Shown piece by piece: positions 40,292 through 50,141 of a DNA stretch of 64,000 bases (position 1 is its first letter; the number at the start of each line of letters is the position of its first letter). The notes beneath the pieces were generated by a model. That model saw only the letters and a program-made list of their open reading frames with translations. It made no database searches and was not told the origin of the DNA. The stretch comes from Trueperaceae bacterium. Its GTDB lineage: Bacteria; Deinococcota; Deinococci; Deinococcales; Trueperaceae. The position numbers and the translations under genes are program-made. Where the stretch lies: positions 1,888,001 through 1,952,000 of the forward strand of contig OZ243956.1 of assembly GCA_965214405.1 (NCBI GenBank), in the 5' to 3' direction.

Positions 40292-43200
40292 TCACGACCC
40301 AGCCTCTACAAAGTTTTCCTTCTTCTCCCTTTCGACATCTTCGCGCAGCCCCTGGATTTTATACTCGATGAACCTCCTGTGCTCGAGGAGCCGGACCGTG
40401 TTGAGAAGCGGGAGGAGCGACTCGAAGAAGTCGATGCGCGCCTGAAGGACCGAAACTCGGCTGCCCGACCAGTCCCAGTGGTTAGGCTCGAGCCGTAAGC
40501 CCCTGAAAGCCTCGAAGCTGGCGTTACGCGCTAAGAAGAGGCTTATGAGCGGCCTGCGCCTTCCCTCAGAAAAGTTGCTGATCACTTCGAAGAGGTGTCG
40601 CATGAACGTCACGTCAGCGTGGCGGAACTCGACGAGTTCGCCGAGGAGCTGCTCTTGCCTTTTTCTGATCAAGTCAGCGCCCTGCTTACCCTGCTCCAGG
40701 ATGAAAAACGCCTTTAGGTAGGTGCCGGGCAGGCGGAAGGGTGCCGTCTCATGCTGATGCACCCGCTCAACAGCGCGAGTCATCAACTGTTCATAGTCCT
40801 CCCTGAGCCACAGAAAGGAGAAGTCGCGCTGACCGTCGTGGCGGCTCACGTGGCCTTCATCTTTGTACACGTCGTCTATGTACTCGAGAAAAAAGTTTTG
40901 GTCAACGTCCAACATGTACGAGAACACTGTGCCGTCATAGTCACAGTGTCTTTCAACCCCGTCCAGCGTGAGATATGCCCTTTTCAGCACTTCAACATCG
41001 TTCTCAAAAATCTCCATCAGGTTTTTACTGATTTCCGAGAGTCCGTCTACCAGATGTTCTAAGACGAAGCTGCATCTCGAGTCGAACTCAACCCTCTCGA
41101 CAACAATTTCCACCACCTTAGGCACGACCCGCACGTCAACAGCTTGATACTCTAAGAGATAATCCAAATCATCCACGTTCACCATGTCTTCTGGCCTAGC
41201 GTCGCGGTACAAAACGTACAAATGCTCTACGTGCTGCTCTTCGATCTGCTCAGACGCCAAGTTCTGGTAGAAGCTGAGTAGCCACCTCGGCTTCGTCGGG
41301 TAGTCGAACTCTTGCAACAGGGCTAAAGCCCCCTCGGCACCGTGGCTCTGGATAAGGTGCCGGGTGATCCGGGAAATCCAGGTTAGTCCTAAGGGGTCGC
41401 CTAGCTGAAGATAGCGGCCTAAAACCGTTTTGAACAGCGCCTGGTCACGCTCTGCCAGGGCGGTAAAAACGTCCCCGACACCCCGGTCGACCTGGAACCG
41501 GTGGATGTGTTCGCTCTGTTTCGTTCTAGGGGAGATCTGGATTTCCCTGCTCTGCCGGAAAAAGGTGTCGTAATCAGCGGTTGTGTACGGTGAGAAGTGA
41601 GCCTTAATGCGCCCGTACCTATACTCCTCGAGCGTCCCGTCTCCCTCGCGGAACTTGCTCCTCTCGCGTGGGTCATGAATGAACAGTTTGGAGAGGACGT
41701 AGATCTCGCTCGAGAAGCGCTCCCGAAGGCTGGCGTCGAAGGGAATGTGGCGCCTTCCCAGCAGGCCCAAAAATTCGTGGACGGCCACGCAATGACTGTA
41801 ATTTTCGGGGTCGAGCCTTCTTTCGAGGAACGGCAGCACCAAAGCCGCGTCGCTCTCGATGATTTCTTTGGCGGTCGTTTTGTTACTTTCGATGACGTAG
41901 ATGTTGATCACGTCAAGCGCTTTGTCCAGTAAGGGCGGGTCGCCGTAGAGCCTGAACAGCTGCCCCCAAAGTTTCCCTCGCAGCCCGAACAGCTCCGGCG
42001 TCGCGGGGGGCTCGAAGTCGGTCGCCTGGAAGGTGTGGCGGCCCTTGGATTCCAGCATGTGAAAACGGGTCCGTAGGTAGTTGCCGACCACAGCAAGAAA
42101 CAGTCTCGAGAAGAGTCGGCTTTCGTCACCCTCTGCTTGTATTTGACGCTGAAGTTCATCGACTACTGCTTCTTGAACGGCGAACCCGTTAGTGTACGAG
42201 TAATAATTGAAGCCGAACTCCTCAGTAAGCAAGTAGAGCACTTTAAAAAAATCTTTCGGCCTTTTCTTCACATACTCAAACAGAAGTTCCAAGGCCATCT
42301 TGAAATTGTCCAAGCTCGCATACACGAACGCCCCTAGCACGCTTAGGACAGACGGGCTGGGGATGCCGGAGTCGGCTTTAGCCTCGAGCCTCGAGAGGTC
42401 TACGGCTTCTGGCTCCATACCGCTTATGTGCTCGCGCAGATACAGGAGCGTGTCTATTTCTTTTAGAAACCAAAAGGTGTTCATGAGGTAAAGCAGACCT
42501 TCCTGATCCCCGGCCTTTACGGTCGCCCGCCAAGCTTCATCAACGTAGGGGCGCATGACGTCCGTGACAGCTCCGTTATCAAAGGCGTCCAGAACAGGAA
42601 AAACCGCGTCGGCGAGTTTACGCTCCTGTTGGGGGAAGAAGTGCTTCAGGAGTGTCGAGAAGTCGAGTGTGCGTTCCTTAAAAAAGGCGAGGTAGAAGAG
42701 GTACGTGGAGAGCACCTGGTCTGAGAACTTAACAACCTCGTTCTCGTACATGTCCAACACCTCTAGCTCATGGAGCCGCCGCGCTGCTTGCCAAAACGCC
42801 CCCGGGGTGACACCAAACGCTGTGGTGACGCTGTTCATCTGCTCTTCATTTGATCTGTCTACAGCCCGGAAGAAGCTAATGATTCCCGCAGTTCTTAAAA
42901 GGTCCTGGTTGCCCAAATCCTCGAGATCTCCGCGTATGGAGCTGAAATACTCGTTGTAGAGCGCCGAAACATCGCGGATACTTTTCAGCGTGCCTTCATG
43001 CTTGGCTACCCGCGCGGCCATGACAGCTAGGCGGGGGTTGCCTTTGGCGATGGCGGCGATGCGGTCGAGGTATAGGTCGTTCCTGATCTCGTACTCATCC
43101 TCGAGGAGCCCTCTGATCTCTTTCTCCTCGAGAGGATTAAGCTTTACTTCCGCTTGTCCGCCGTACGGTTTCACGGATTCGCGGACCTTCTCGAGGGCGT

Positions 43201-44089
43201 AATCGCGTACCGTGACGACGATCTTGAACGCCTGGTCTTCCCGTTTGGTGTGGAGCAGTTGGAGGATGTAAGTGAAGCCGCTCACGCGGTTCGCGTCGTC
43301 GACGAAGATGAGGTACTTGCCAGAGTCGGAGAAGTGGACCCTCACGTCTTCGAAAAGGTCCGCCCCCCGATTGAGGATGCACCGCTCGCTGTACTCCGGG
43401 TGCGCCGCCGCGAACCTGGCGCAAGCTTCCAGGGCGAGCCGCGACTTCCCCACCCCCGCCGGGCCCGAGACGATGACGACGTCCTCTACGCCGAGCGCGT
43501 CTAAAACCCCCTGTAACTCCGCCTCCCTGAAGTAGAAGCTCGTGTCGAGCGGCGTGGCGAGGGGGCTCTTGTCGTAAGCGCTGACGAACTCGCCGGGCCC
43601 GACGATCTGCCCTGTGTCCACCTTGACGCCCAGGAAGTCGCGGGCGAGGCCCGGGTACTTCTGGTAGAGGTCGAAGGCTATGGGTCCGGGGCCATAAAGG
43701 TTTGGGTTGACGCCGCGCTCTCGGCACCGCTTCGTCAGACCGGCGTGTTCTTCCGGACTGAGGTCGGAGGTGTAGCAGAAGACGACCTCCGCGATTTCCG
43801 CGACGGGGACGCCCGTCTTCTCTTCGTCGAAACACTTTTCCAGGTCGCCGCTAAGCTTCCTGTAGAGGCCTCTCTTCTCGGTCGTGTGCTCCGCGAAGGC
43901 GAACCTGCCGTCGGCGAGCCTGACCAGCGTGTCGGGCGTGCCTACCCTCACCTTGTCCGCCCCGACGACGGAGCCGAGCGGGTTGAGGTTTTCGTAGCCC
44001 CGCCTGGAGAGATACGTGTCGGCGAGCTTTTGGAACGCGCCCCCGTTGAGCTCTGACAGGGCGCGCTGAATCTGGTTGAATTTCGACAT
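40292..44089 (-). CDS. STAND-class NTPase with N-terminal restriction-nuclease-like domain
   Basis: FQKLAD...GTPDT...FAEHT; Walker A GPAGVGKS; Walker B IFVDDA; KGNPRLA; long helical C-terminus. Confidence 0.7.
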   Translation of the reverse strand: MSKFNQIQRALSELNGGAFQKLADTYLSRRGYENLNPLGSVVGADKVRVGTPDTLVRLADGRFAFAEHTTEKRGLYRKLSGDLEKCFDEEKTGVPVAEIAEVVFCYTSDLSPEEHAGLTKRCRERGVNPNLYGPGPIAFDLYQKYPGLARDFLGVKVDTGQIVGPGEFVSAYDKSPLATPLDTSFYFREAELQGVLDALGVEDVVIVSGPAGVGKSRLALEACARFAAAHPEYSERCILNRGADLFEDVRVHFSDSGKYLIFVDDANRVSGFTYILQLLHTKREDQAFKIVVTVRDYALEKVRESVKPYGGQAEVKLNPLEEKEIRGLLEDEYEIRNDLYLDRIAAIAKGNPRLAVMAARVAKHEGTLKSIRDVSALYNEYFSSIRGDLEDLGNQDLLRTAGIISFFRAVDRSNEEQMNSVTTAFGVTPGAFWQAARRLHELEVLDMYENEVVKFSDQVLSTYLFYLAFFKERTLDFSTLLKHFFPQQERKLADAVFPVLDAFDNGAVTDVMRPYVDEAWRATVKAGDQEGLLYLMNTFWFLKEIDTLLYLREHISGMEPEAVDLSRLEAKADSGIPSPSVLSVLGAFVYASLDNFKMALELLFEYVKKRPKDFFKVLYLLTEEFGFNYYSYTNGFAVQEAVVDELQRQIQAEGDESRLFSRLFLAVVGNYLRTRFHMLESKGRHTFQATDFEPPATPELFGLRGKLWGQLFRLYGDPPLLDKALDVINIYVIESNKTTAKEIIESDAALVLPFLERRLDPENYSHCVAVHEFLGLLGRRHIPFDASLRERFSSEIYVLSKLFIHDPRERSKFREGDGTLEEYRYGRIKAHFSPYTTADYDTFFRQSREIQISPRTKQSEHIHRFQVDRGVGDVFTALAERDQALFKTVLGRYLQLGDPLGLTWISRITRHLIQSHGAEGALALLQEFDYPTKPRWLLSFYQNLASEQIEEQHVEHLYVLYRDARPEDMVNVDDLDYLLEYQAVDVRVVPKVVEIVVERVEFDSRCSFVLEHLVDGLSEISKNLMEIFENDVEVLKRAYLTLDGVERHCDYDGTVFSYMLDVDQNFFLEYIDDVYKDEGHVSRHDGQRDFSFLWLREDYEQLMTRAVERVHQHETAPFRLPGTYLKAFFILEQGKQGADLIRKRQEQLLGELVEFRHADVTFMRHLFEVISNFSEGRRRPLISLFLARNASFEAFRGLRLEPNHWDWSGSRVSVLQARIDFFESLLPLLNTVRLLEHRRFIEYKIQGLREDVEREKKENFVEAGS

Positions 44090-44205
44090 ATGTATTAATC
44101 ATACCTACCACGTCATTCGCCGCCCGGAAAGGTGGTTGATATAGGTGCTGTGCTTGGCACAAGTCTTCAGGACTTGCCGACCCGTTATACCCTAAATTGT
44201 GGGGT

Positions 44206-45087
44206 ATGATGCCGGGCGTGATCTACACGCCAGAACCCCCGGCCGTTCCCCCTTTCCGCGCCGTCTACGGCGTCGACTTCAGCGGGGCCAGGCTGGCGGG
44301 CAGGACCACCTGGGTCGCCCGGCTCGAGCCTAAGTCGGGGGAAGGGCCGCCCTTCGCCCTGACGGCGCTGCGACCCCTCGAGCGGCTCTGCGGGACGGCC
44401 GAGCGCGCCCCCGCGCTGGCGGCCTTGGTCGAGATGGCGCGGGTTTCCGAGGACTGCCTCTGGGGGCTGGGCTTCCCCTTCGGCTTCCCCGCCGAGGTCG
44501 CCGGGCCCTGGGGCGGGCAGCTCGAGCTCGTGAAAGCTTGGGGCGACGACGCCTACGGCCTGGGGCTCGAGCTGGTGCGCCGCGCCGAGGAGGGCTTCGG
44601 GCGCAAGCACCTGCGGCGGCTGACCGACCTGGAGCACAGGGCGCCGCACGACCCCTACCACTACCGGGTCATCTACCAGACCTTCTTCGGGATGCGCGAC
44701 GTGCTGGACCCGCTGCTGCTGGTCCCCGGCACGGCGGTCTTGCCCTTCCGATACCGCTGCCTGCCGGAGGCGCGCCGCGTCATCGTCGAGGCCTGCCCGG
44801 CCACGACGCTCGACCGGCTGGGGCTGCCGAGGCGCAACTACAAGAGGCCGCAGGGCGGGGCGCTCGACGCCAAGCAGCGGAAGGCCAGGAGGCAGGTCCT
44901 GCGCGGCCTCCGCGGGCACGTCGCGTATAGCGAGCACCGGCGGCGGGTGATGGCCCGTGACCCGGGCGGGGACGCGCTGGACGCGGTGCTGGCGGGCCTG
45001 GGCGCGGCGCTGGCCTTCGGGGAGGCGGACCACGCGGCGATAGCTGCTCATCCTCGCTACAGGCTCGAGGGCAGGCACTTCGCCTAG
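44206..45087 (+). CDS. DUF429-like predicted RNase H-fold nuclease
   Basis: YGVDFSGA, FPFGFP, RRLTD, VEACPA, DALDAVLA. Confidence 0.65.
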   Translation: MMPGVIYTPEPPAVPPFRAVYGVDFSGARLAGRTTWVARLEPKSGEGPPFALTALRPLERLCGTAERAPALAALVEMARVSEDCLWGLGFPFGFPAEVAGPWGGQLELVKAWGDDAYGLGLELVRRAEEGFGRKHLRRLTDLEHRAPHDPYHYRVIYQTFFGMRDVLDPLLLVPGTAVLPFRYRCLPEARRVIVEACPATTLDRLGLPRRNYKRPQGGALDAKQRKARRQVLRGLRGHVAYSEHRRRVMARDPGGDALDAVLAGLGAALAFGEADHAAIAAHPRYRLEGRHFA

Positions 45088-45262
45088 CGGGGGCGCGGCG
45101 GCTGGGCGGCGCGGAGCTTTATGCGCGTGTTGCGCGTAGCTCACGCACAAAGACCTGTCACAAAGACCGAAAGCGTCTCCAGTCACCCCTACTCAAACCA
45201 TCCAGGCTGCCCCTTATATGGCTCGAGCTGTCGTTAGCCAGCGTCGCACCTTTTATCTCATT

Positions 45263-45293
45263 AAAAAAACTTCCTCAAGTGTTATTGAGGAAG
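45263..45293 (-). terminator. Intrinsic terminator
   Basis: cttcctcaa-6-ttgaggaag hairpin with A7 (U run on - strand). Confidence 0.65.
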
Positions 45294-45340
45294 CAACGGT
45301 CTCTTTGTCGGCAACTACTTCATGAAAAAAATGGATAGCT

Positions 45341-46930
45341 CTATGGGACTCCTTCTGTAGCCACGCTCCTCTGACTGCCGCTTACGCTGACGTCCCCACG
45401 CATACTCCCGGTATGCACGCCGCAGTTGTAGCGCTGCAACTCTGCTGCAAGCGCCGCTGTGAGCGTAAACGTAACGGCGTCATCCTCCGCCTTAAAGTTC
45501 ACCGCCTCGTCATCCTCAAAGCTGCCTGTCAGCGCGTTCTGGGCGAGCAGCAGGTTCTCGTCCCCCTCGCCGTTCAGTTCAAAGGGATGCACGTCGCTGT
45601 TGACGCCGCTCAGGTCGAACCGGTAGCGCTTACCGACCTCGAGCCTCAGCGCCGCGTTGTCCTCGCCCGTAGCGGCGAAGTCGTCCGCCCCCTCGACCGA
45701 CGTCACCTGCCACGCCGTCGTCCCGATGTTAGTGAATTTGGCGGTGACGTCCGCCGCTCTATCCTCGCCCTCGTCCGGCTCGCCGGGCTCGTTCGGCTCG
45801 CTCGGCGGCGTTTTGCTCAGTTGGGCGCGTATCTCGCCGTCTTGGTAAGTCTCGGTGTGAACGTTGAGGTAGTAGCCGCCCGCCCGGAAGACCGCCTGCT
45901 CGTCGGTGGAGAGCCGCTGGGTGAGCGAGAAACTGCCGCCTTGCGCGTCGTCATCGGCGGAGACCTCTAAAGGAAAGGCGATAGGACCGTTTTCGCCCGC
46001 GTCGCCCACGTGGATATGCGCGGGGCTACCGTCCACGTCGTAGAGGTCGCTCGAGAGGTTGTCAAAGTCGCCCGTCACGGTGAGGGTGTCGCCCTCCAGG
46101 GTCGCCGTGGCGCTGCCGCTCGCGTCCGTGTCCACCGGGGGAACCTCAAAGCGCCCCGCCAGCTCGACCTTATAGGTCACATCTTCTTCGCCCGGTTGCT
46201 CGTCGCTGATCTGCCCGCGCAGCTCGCCGCCGTTATAGGCTTCCGTGTGGATGTTGATGTAGTAGCCGCCCGCCTCGAGCGTCGCGATCTCGTCGGTGGT
46301 GAGCGTCTGCTCGCCCGTGAACGAGCCGCTGCGCCGGTCCTCGTCCAGCTCGACTTTGAGCGAGAAGAAAATGTCGCCGTTTTTGCCCGCCTTGCCGAAA
46401 TGCACGTGCGAGGGGCTGCCGTTGATGGGGTAGGGGTCGCCGGAAAGGTCGTAAAAGTTGCCGTTCACGGTGAGCCGATCGCCGATGAGCGTGGCGCTCG
46501 CCGCGCCGTAGGCGCCCGTCTCGATGGGCGGCACTTCGTTCTCGCCCGAGAGGACGATGTTTTTGTACGTCAGCGTCTTTTCGGCGGGCTCTTCGCCCCC
46601 ACCGCTCACCTCGATGACCAGGGAGCGGTTGCGCGTGCCCCGGTTGTTGTTGGCGATGAGCATGTACTCGGTGGTTTCTGTGGGGTTCACCGTGACGCTG
46701 CTGCGCCCGGTCACGTCGCCGACGCCCGGTAGCAGCGTCAAGGTGATGGGGCTCGAGCCGCTCACCTGCCAGGTCAAGGTCGTGTTCTCGCCCGCGCTGA
46801 TGACGTTCTCCGAGGCGGTAAAGGTCGCAATCGTGGGCGCGGTAAAGCGCGGCAGCGCGTCACCCAGTCCCAGGTCGCAGGCGGTCAGGAACAGAGCGAG
46901 CAAGGTCAGACTGTAGAGCGTCCGTTTCAT
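45341..46930 (-). CDS. Lipoprotein: Ig-like + 2 CHRD + cupredoxin-like domain
   Basis: Lipobox LTAC; two EVPP...H(V/I)H...Y(I/L)N(I/V)HT..GE(L/I)R domains; C-terminal HPF...YNCGVHTGSMRG. Confidence 0.8.
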   Translation of the reverse strand: MKRTLYSLTLLALFLTACDLGLGDALPRFTAPTIATFTASENVISAGENTTLTWQVSGSSPITLTLLPGVGDVTGRSSVTVNPTETTEYMLIANNNRGTRNRSLVIEVSGGGEEPAEKTLTYKNIVLSGENEVPPIETGAYGAASATLIGDRLTVNGNFYDLSGDPYPINGSPSHVHFGKAGKNGDIFFSLKVELDEDRRSGSFTGEQTLTTDEIATLEAGGYYINIHTEAYNGGELRGQISDEQPGEEDVTYKVELAGRFEVPPVDTDASGSATATLEGDTLTVTGDFDNLSSDLYDVDGSPAHIHVGDAGENGPIAFPLEVSADDDAQGGSFSLTQRLSTDEQAVFRAGGYYLNVHTETYQDGEIRAQLSKTPPSEPNEPGEPDEGEDRAADVTAKFTNIGTTAWQVTSVEGADDFAATGEDNAALRLEVGKRYRFDLSGVNSDVHPFELNGEGDENLLLAQNALTGSFEDDEAVNFKAEDDAVTFTLTAALAAELQRYNCGVHTGSMRGDVSVSGSQRSVATEGVP

Positions 46931-47030
46931 TTCATCCTTTCTTTGCGCTTGTCTTCGCTTGGGGTTGGTCTTGACACCAAAGTAGAAGAGGGCGCGGGGA
47001 AGCCGCGCGCCCTCTCTAACTGCCCAGCGT

Positions 47031-48539
47031 TTAGTCGTTTTCAGCCGTTATCGTTATCGTGACCTTTGCCGTCGCGCTGTAGTTCCCGTAGTAGAAGGTG
47101 TACTCGTACTCGTCTTGCGGGTAGTACGTGTCGTCGTTCGGCTCGTACTCGATGTAGTCATAGCCGTCTGAGATGTCGACCTTGCCGTAGCGCGGCGCTT
47201 TGGTCACCTCTAGGCGAAGCTCGCTCCTCGAGACGTAGTACTCGTCGTTCGCCAGCACGTCGGTCTTGACGGATTCGTCCTGCCCCGTTTGGGCGCTGTC
47301 GTCATAAGCCTGGGGCTTTTTCTCCTCGTCGGCTTGGCTGATTTTGACCGTCACCTTCGCGGTCGCGCTGTACTCACCGTAATAGAGCGTGTACTCGTAA
47401 GAATCCTCCGAATAGTAAGTCTCGCTCGGCGTGTAGGTGATGTACTGGTAGCTGTTGTAAACCTCGGCTTTGCCGTACCGGGGCGCTTTCGTGACCTCCA
47501 AGCGGATTTGGCTTTTATCGACGTAGTACTCATCGTTGGCAAGCACGTCTGTGTTGACAGGCTTGCCCTGCTTGGTTTCGGCGTAGTCGTCGTTCGCTTT
47601 GGGTTCTTTTTTCTCCTCGACCTTATTGATAACGACGGTCACCTTCGCGGTCACGCTGTATTCGCCGTAGTAGAAGGTGTACTCGAACGAATCTTCGGGG
47701 TAGTACGTTTCAGCGGGCGTGTAGGTCACGTACTCGTAGCGGTTGTAGACTTCCGCCTCGCCGTACCGGGGTGCTTTGGTGATCTCGACGCGAATCTCTT
47801 CTTTGGAGACGTAGTAACTGTCGTTGGAGAGCACGTCGATGTTGACGGATTTGCCCTGGTCGGTCATGGCGCGGTCGTCGCGGGCCTCGGGCTTTTGCTC
47901 CTCGCCCTGCCGCTTGATGGTCACGGTGACGGTGGCGCTGACGGCGTACTCGCCGTAGTAGAGCGTGTATTCGTAGGAGTCTTGAGGCTGATAGCTGCCT
48001 CTCGGGGTGTAGGTGATGTATTCGTAGCCGCCGACGACCTCCGCGCTGCCGTACCGCGGCGCTTTCGTGACCTCTAGGCGGACTTGGCTCTTATCGACGT
48101 AGTATTCATCATTCGCGAGCACGTCCGTGTTGACGGGGCTGCCCTCCTGGGTGGTCGCGGTGTCGTCGAAGGCTTTAGGCTCTTCAGGGTCCGGCTGTTG
48201 GTTCTCCTCGCTCACAGTGACGGTGACGCTCTGCTCGCGCGTGCCCCGGTTGTTGTTCGCGGTGAGCTTGTAGGTCGTCGTCTCGGCTGGGCTGACCGTG
48301 ACGCTGCTGCGCCCGGTCACGTCGCCCGGCTCCGGCGTGAGGGTCAGGGTTACGGGGCTCGAGCCGCTCACCTGCCAGGTCAGCACGGTGCTCTTGCCGG
48401 GCGTGATGGTGTCGTCCGAAGCGGTCAAGGTCGCTATCGTAGGCGCTTCAAAGCGCGGCAGGGCGTCGCCGAGACCCAAGTCACAGGCGGTCAGGAAAAT
48501 TAACAGGACGGGTACAAGGATGCTAAGGGTGCGTTTCAT
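47031..48539 (-). CDS. Lipoprotein with four Tyr-rich Ig/cadherin-like repeats
   Basis: Lipobox LTAC; 4x P.A.DD.A.T...DVL.ND.YYV...TKAPRYG...Y.P...D.(Y/F)EYT.YYG. Confidence 0.8.
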   Translation of the reverse strand: MKRTLSILVPVLLIFLTACDLGLGDALPRFEAPTIATLTASDDTITPGKSTVLTWQVSGSSPVTLTLTPEPGDVTGRSSVTVSPAETTTYKLTANNNRGTREQSVTVTVSEENQQPDPEEPKAFDDTATTQEGSPVNTDVLANDEYYVDKSQVRLEVTKAPRYGSAEVVGGYEYITYTPRGSYQPQDSYEYTLYYGEYAVSATVTVTIKRQGEEQKPEARDDRAMTDQGKSVNIDVLSNDSYYVSKEEIRVEITKAPRYGEAEVYNRYEYVTYTPAETYYPEDSFEYTFYYGEYSVTAKVTVVINKVEEKKEPKANDDYAETKQGKPVNTDVLANDEYYVDKSQIRLEVTKAPRYGKAEVYNSYQYITYTPSETYYSEDSYEYTLYYGEYSATAKVTVKISQADEEKKPQAYDDSAQTGQDESVKTDVLANDEYYVSRSELRLEVTKAPRYGKVDISDGYDYIEYEPNDDTYYPQDEYEYTFYYGNYSATAKVTITITAEND

Positions 48540-48825
48540 CGACTCTCCTCTTTTTGAACTGGCGCGTGTTTACAAGACGTCTTCTTTGGCTGTGATGATG
48601 TTCACATCAAACCTCACCTCCCCCTTCCATATGAAGAAACGCACAAAAGCGCCAAGGATATGCGTCCGCCACCGCGGCGCGGCGAGACTCGCGCATGTAT
48701 ACACAGAAAGCGCGTCAGAGACGCGAATTTTGTTTTGATAATGCGCTTAGTGATAGACAGCTCGGTGATAGAGGTGCGTCGGGCAAGCCCAACGAACGGA
48801 GGTCCGACCAGCGAAGCGGGGCGGC

Positions 48826-48857
48826 AAAAAAGAACGCCGCAGGCGATCTGCGGCGTT
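48826..48857 (-). terminator. Intrinsic terminator
   Basis: aacgccgcag-gcgat-ctgcggcgtt with adjacent A run. Confidence 0.65.
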
Positions 48858-48882
48858 TCTTGAAACTCGCTTTTAGGTTAAC

Positions 48883-50022
48883 TCAGGGCGTCTCGCCCAG
48901 CATCAGCAGGGACTCGGGCTTGATGACGGTGAGCGCGCCCGTCGGGGCGGGGTCAACGGCTCCCGTGAGACTCAGCACGTCGTCAAAGCGCAGCACCGCG
49001 TCGAGCACCTTGTCGCCGACGTACAGGGCCGAGCCGTCAAAGGCTAAGTCGGACGGGTTGCCGAGACCTGTGTTTGGTCCGGCGAGTTGCGCCTTGACTT
49101 CCGTTTCGCCGTCGGCGCGGCTCGCGTTCTCGAGCACGAAGAGCTTGCCGTCGGTATCAAAACCTGGCTCGTCGGAATCCTTGGCGGGACCGAAGTCCGC
49201 CACGACGAGCGTGTCTTGCTCGCTCAGGTAGAGTATCCCGTGCAGGTTGGCGGAAACGGGCTCGCCCTCCAACGTCGGGACGATGACGCGGTCGGGTCCG
49301 CCTTGTCCGCGCTCCAGCAGATAATCGTCGTAGACGAGAACGGTTCCGTCGGTTGCCGCGACGTAGAGACGCTGCTGCGCCGAGTCGACCTCGACGGCCC
49401 AGGGCTGGCGCGGCTCGCCCGCAGCGGTCTGCCCCAAGTCGGTGATGTCAAAGAGCGGAGCGACGTCGCCGCTGGCTTGCGTATCAAAACCCTTGACGGT
49501 GTTCGTGCCGAAGTCCGCCACGACGACCACGCCGAGACCGCTGTCTACCGCTAAACCTTTGGGTTCGTCGAGCCCCGTCGCCGCGCCGCTGATGCGCCGG
49601 TCGCGCTCGGGGTCGAAGCCGCCGGGCTGTTCCGTAAAGCGCGGCATGGCTAAGATGCCGCCGGGGGCGTCGGCGTCCGCGCCCACGTCGAAGCTGAGAA
49701 AGGCGGTGTCGGTGTCGGTGAGGCGCAGGTATTCGAAGCTCAGCACCTCGCCCCCGGCGTGAAAGAGGTCGGCTGAGGTCGAGAGGTCGGACTCGAGCCA
49801 AACCACGGCCGAAACGGGGTCGGATTCGAGGACGGCCAAAGGCGGCTTGCTCACCGCGAGAATCAACCCCGACTCCAAGCTCGTGACGCTCGAGCCGCCC
49901 GTGTCCGAACTTGCCGTATCCTGCGCCCAACTCGAGGCAGAGAGCAGCAGAAGTCCGGCTAGAAGCGGCGTGGCGAAAAAAGACAGCGTGAAGTGCGAGG
50001 CTAAGCGGTTGTGTGAAAACAT
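48883..50022 (-). CDS. Secreted beta-propeller (NHL-like) protein
   Basis: Signal peptide; GLDEPKGLAVD, QPWAVEVD, GLGNPSDLAFD repeats. Confidence 0.65.
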   Translation of the reverse strand: MFSHNRLASHFTLSFFATPLLAGLLLLSASSWAQDTASSDTGGSSVTSLESGLILAVSKPPLAVLESDPVSAVVWLESDLSTSADLFHAGGEVLSFEYLRLTDTDTAFLSFDVGADADAPGGILAMPRFTEQPGGFDPERDRRISGAATGLDEPKGLAVDSGLGVVVVADFGTNTVKGFDTQASGDVAPLFDITDLGQTAAGEPRQPWAVEVDSAQQRLYVAATDGTVLVYDDYLLERGQGGPDRVIVPTLEGEPVSANLHGILYLSEQDTLVVADFGPAKDSDEPGFDTDGKLFVLENASRADGETEVKAQLAGPNTGLGNPSDLAFDGSALYVGDKVLDAVLRFDDVLSLTGAVDPAPTGALTVIKPESLLMLGETP

Positions 50023-50141
50023 AGATTCCCCCTCGGTTGGTTTGTACTCGGCTCATTCTATCTGTCTAAATCTTAGAAGAATATGAGCGTCGCTGCGCAT
50101 TACCTGGTCTTTTCCTTTACCTCCTCGGCTCAGCGCCTTGC

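Noticed and set aside
44185..45186. 333-aa - strand ORF and other long shadow ORFs in GC-rich genes
   Set aside because: Antisense to motif-bearing genes; expected at high GC
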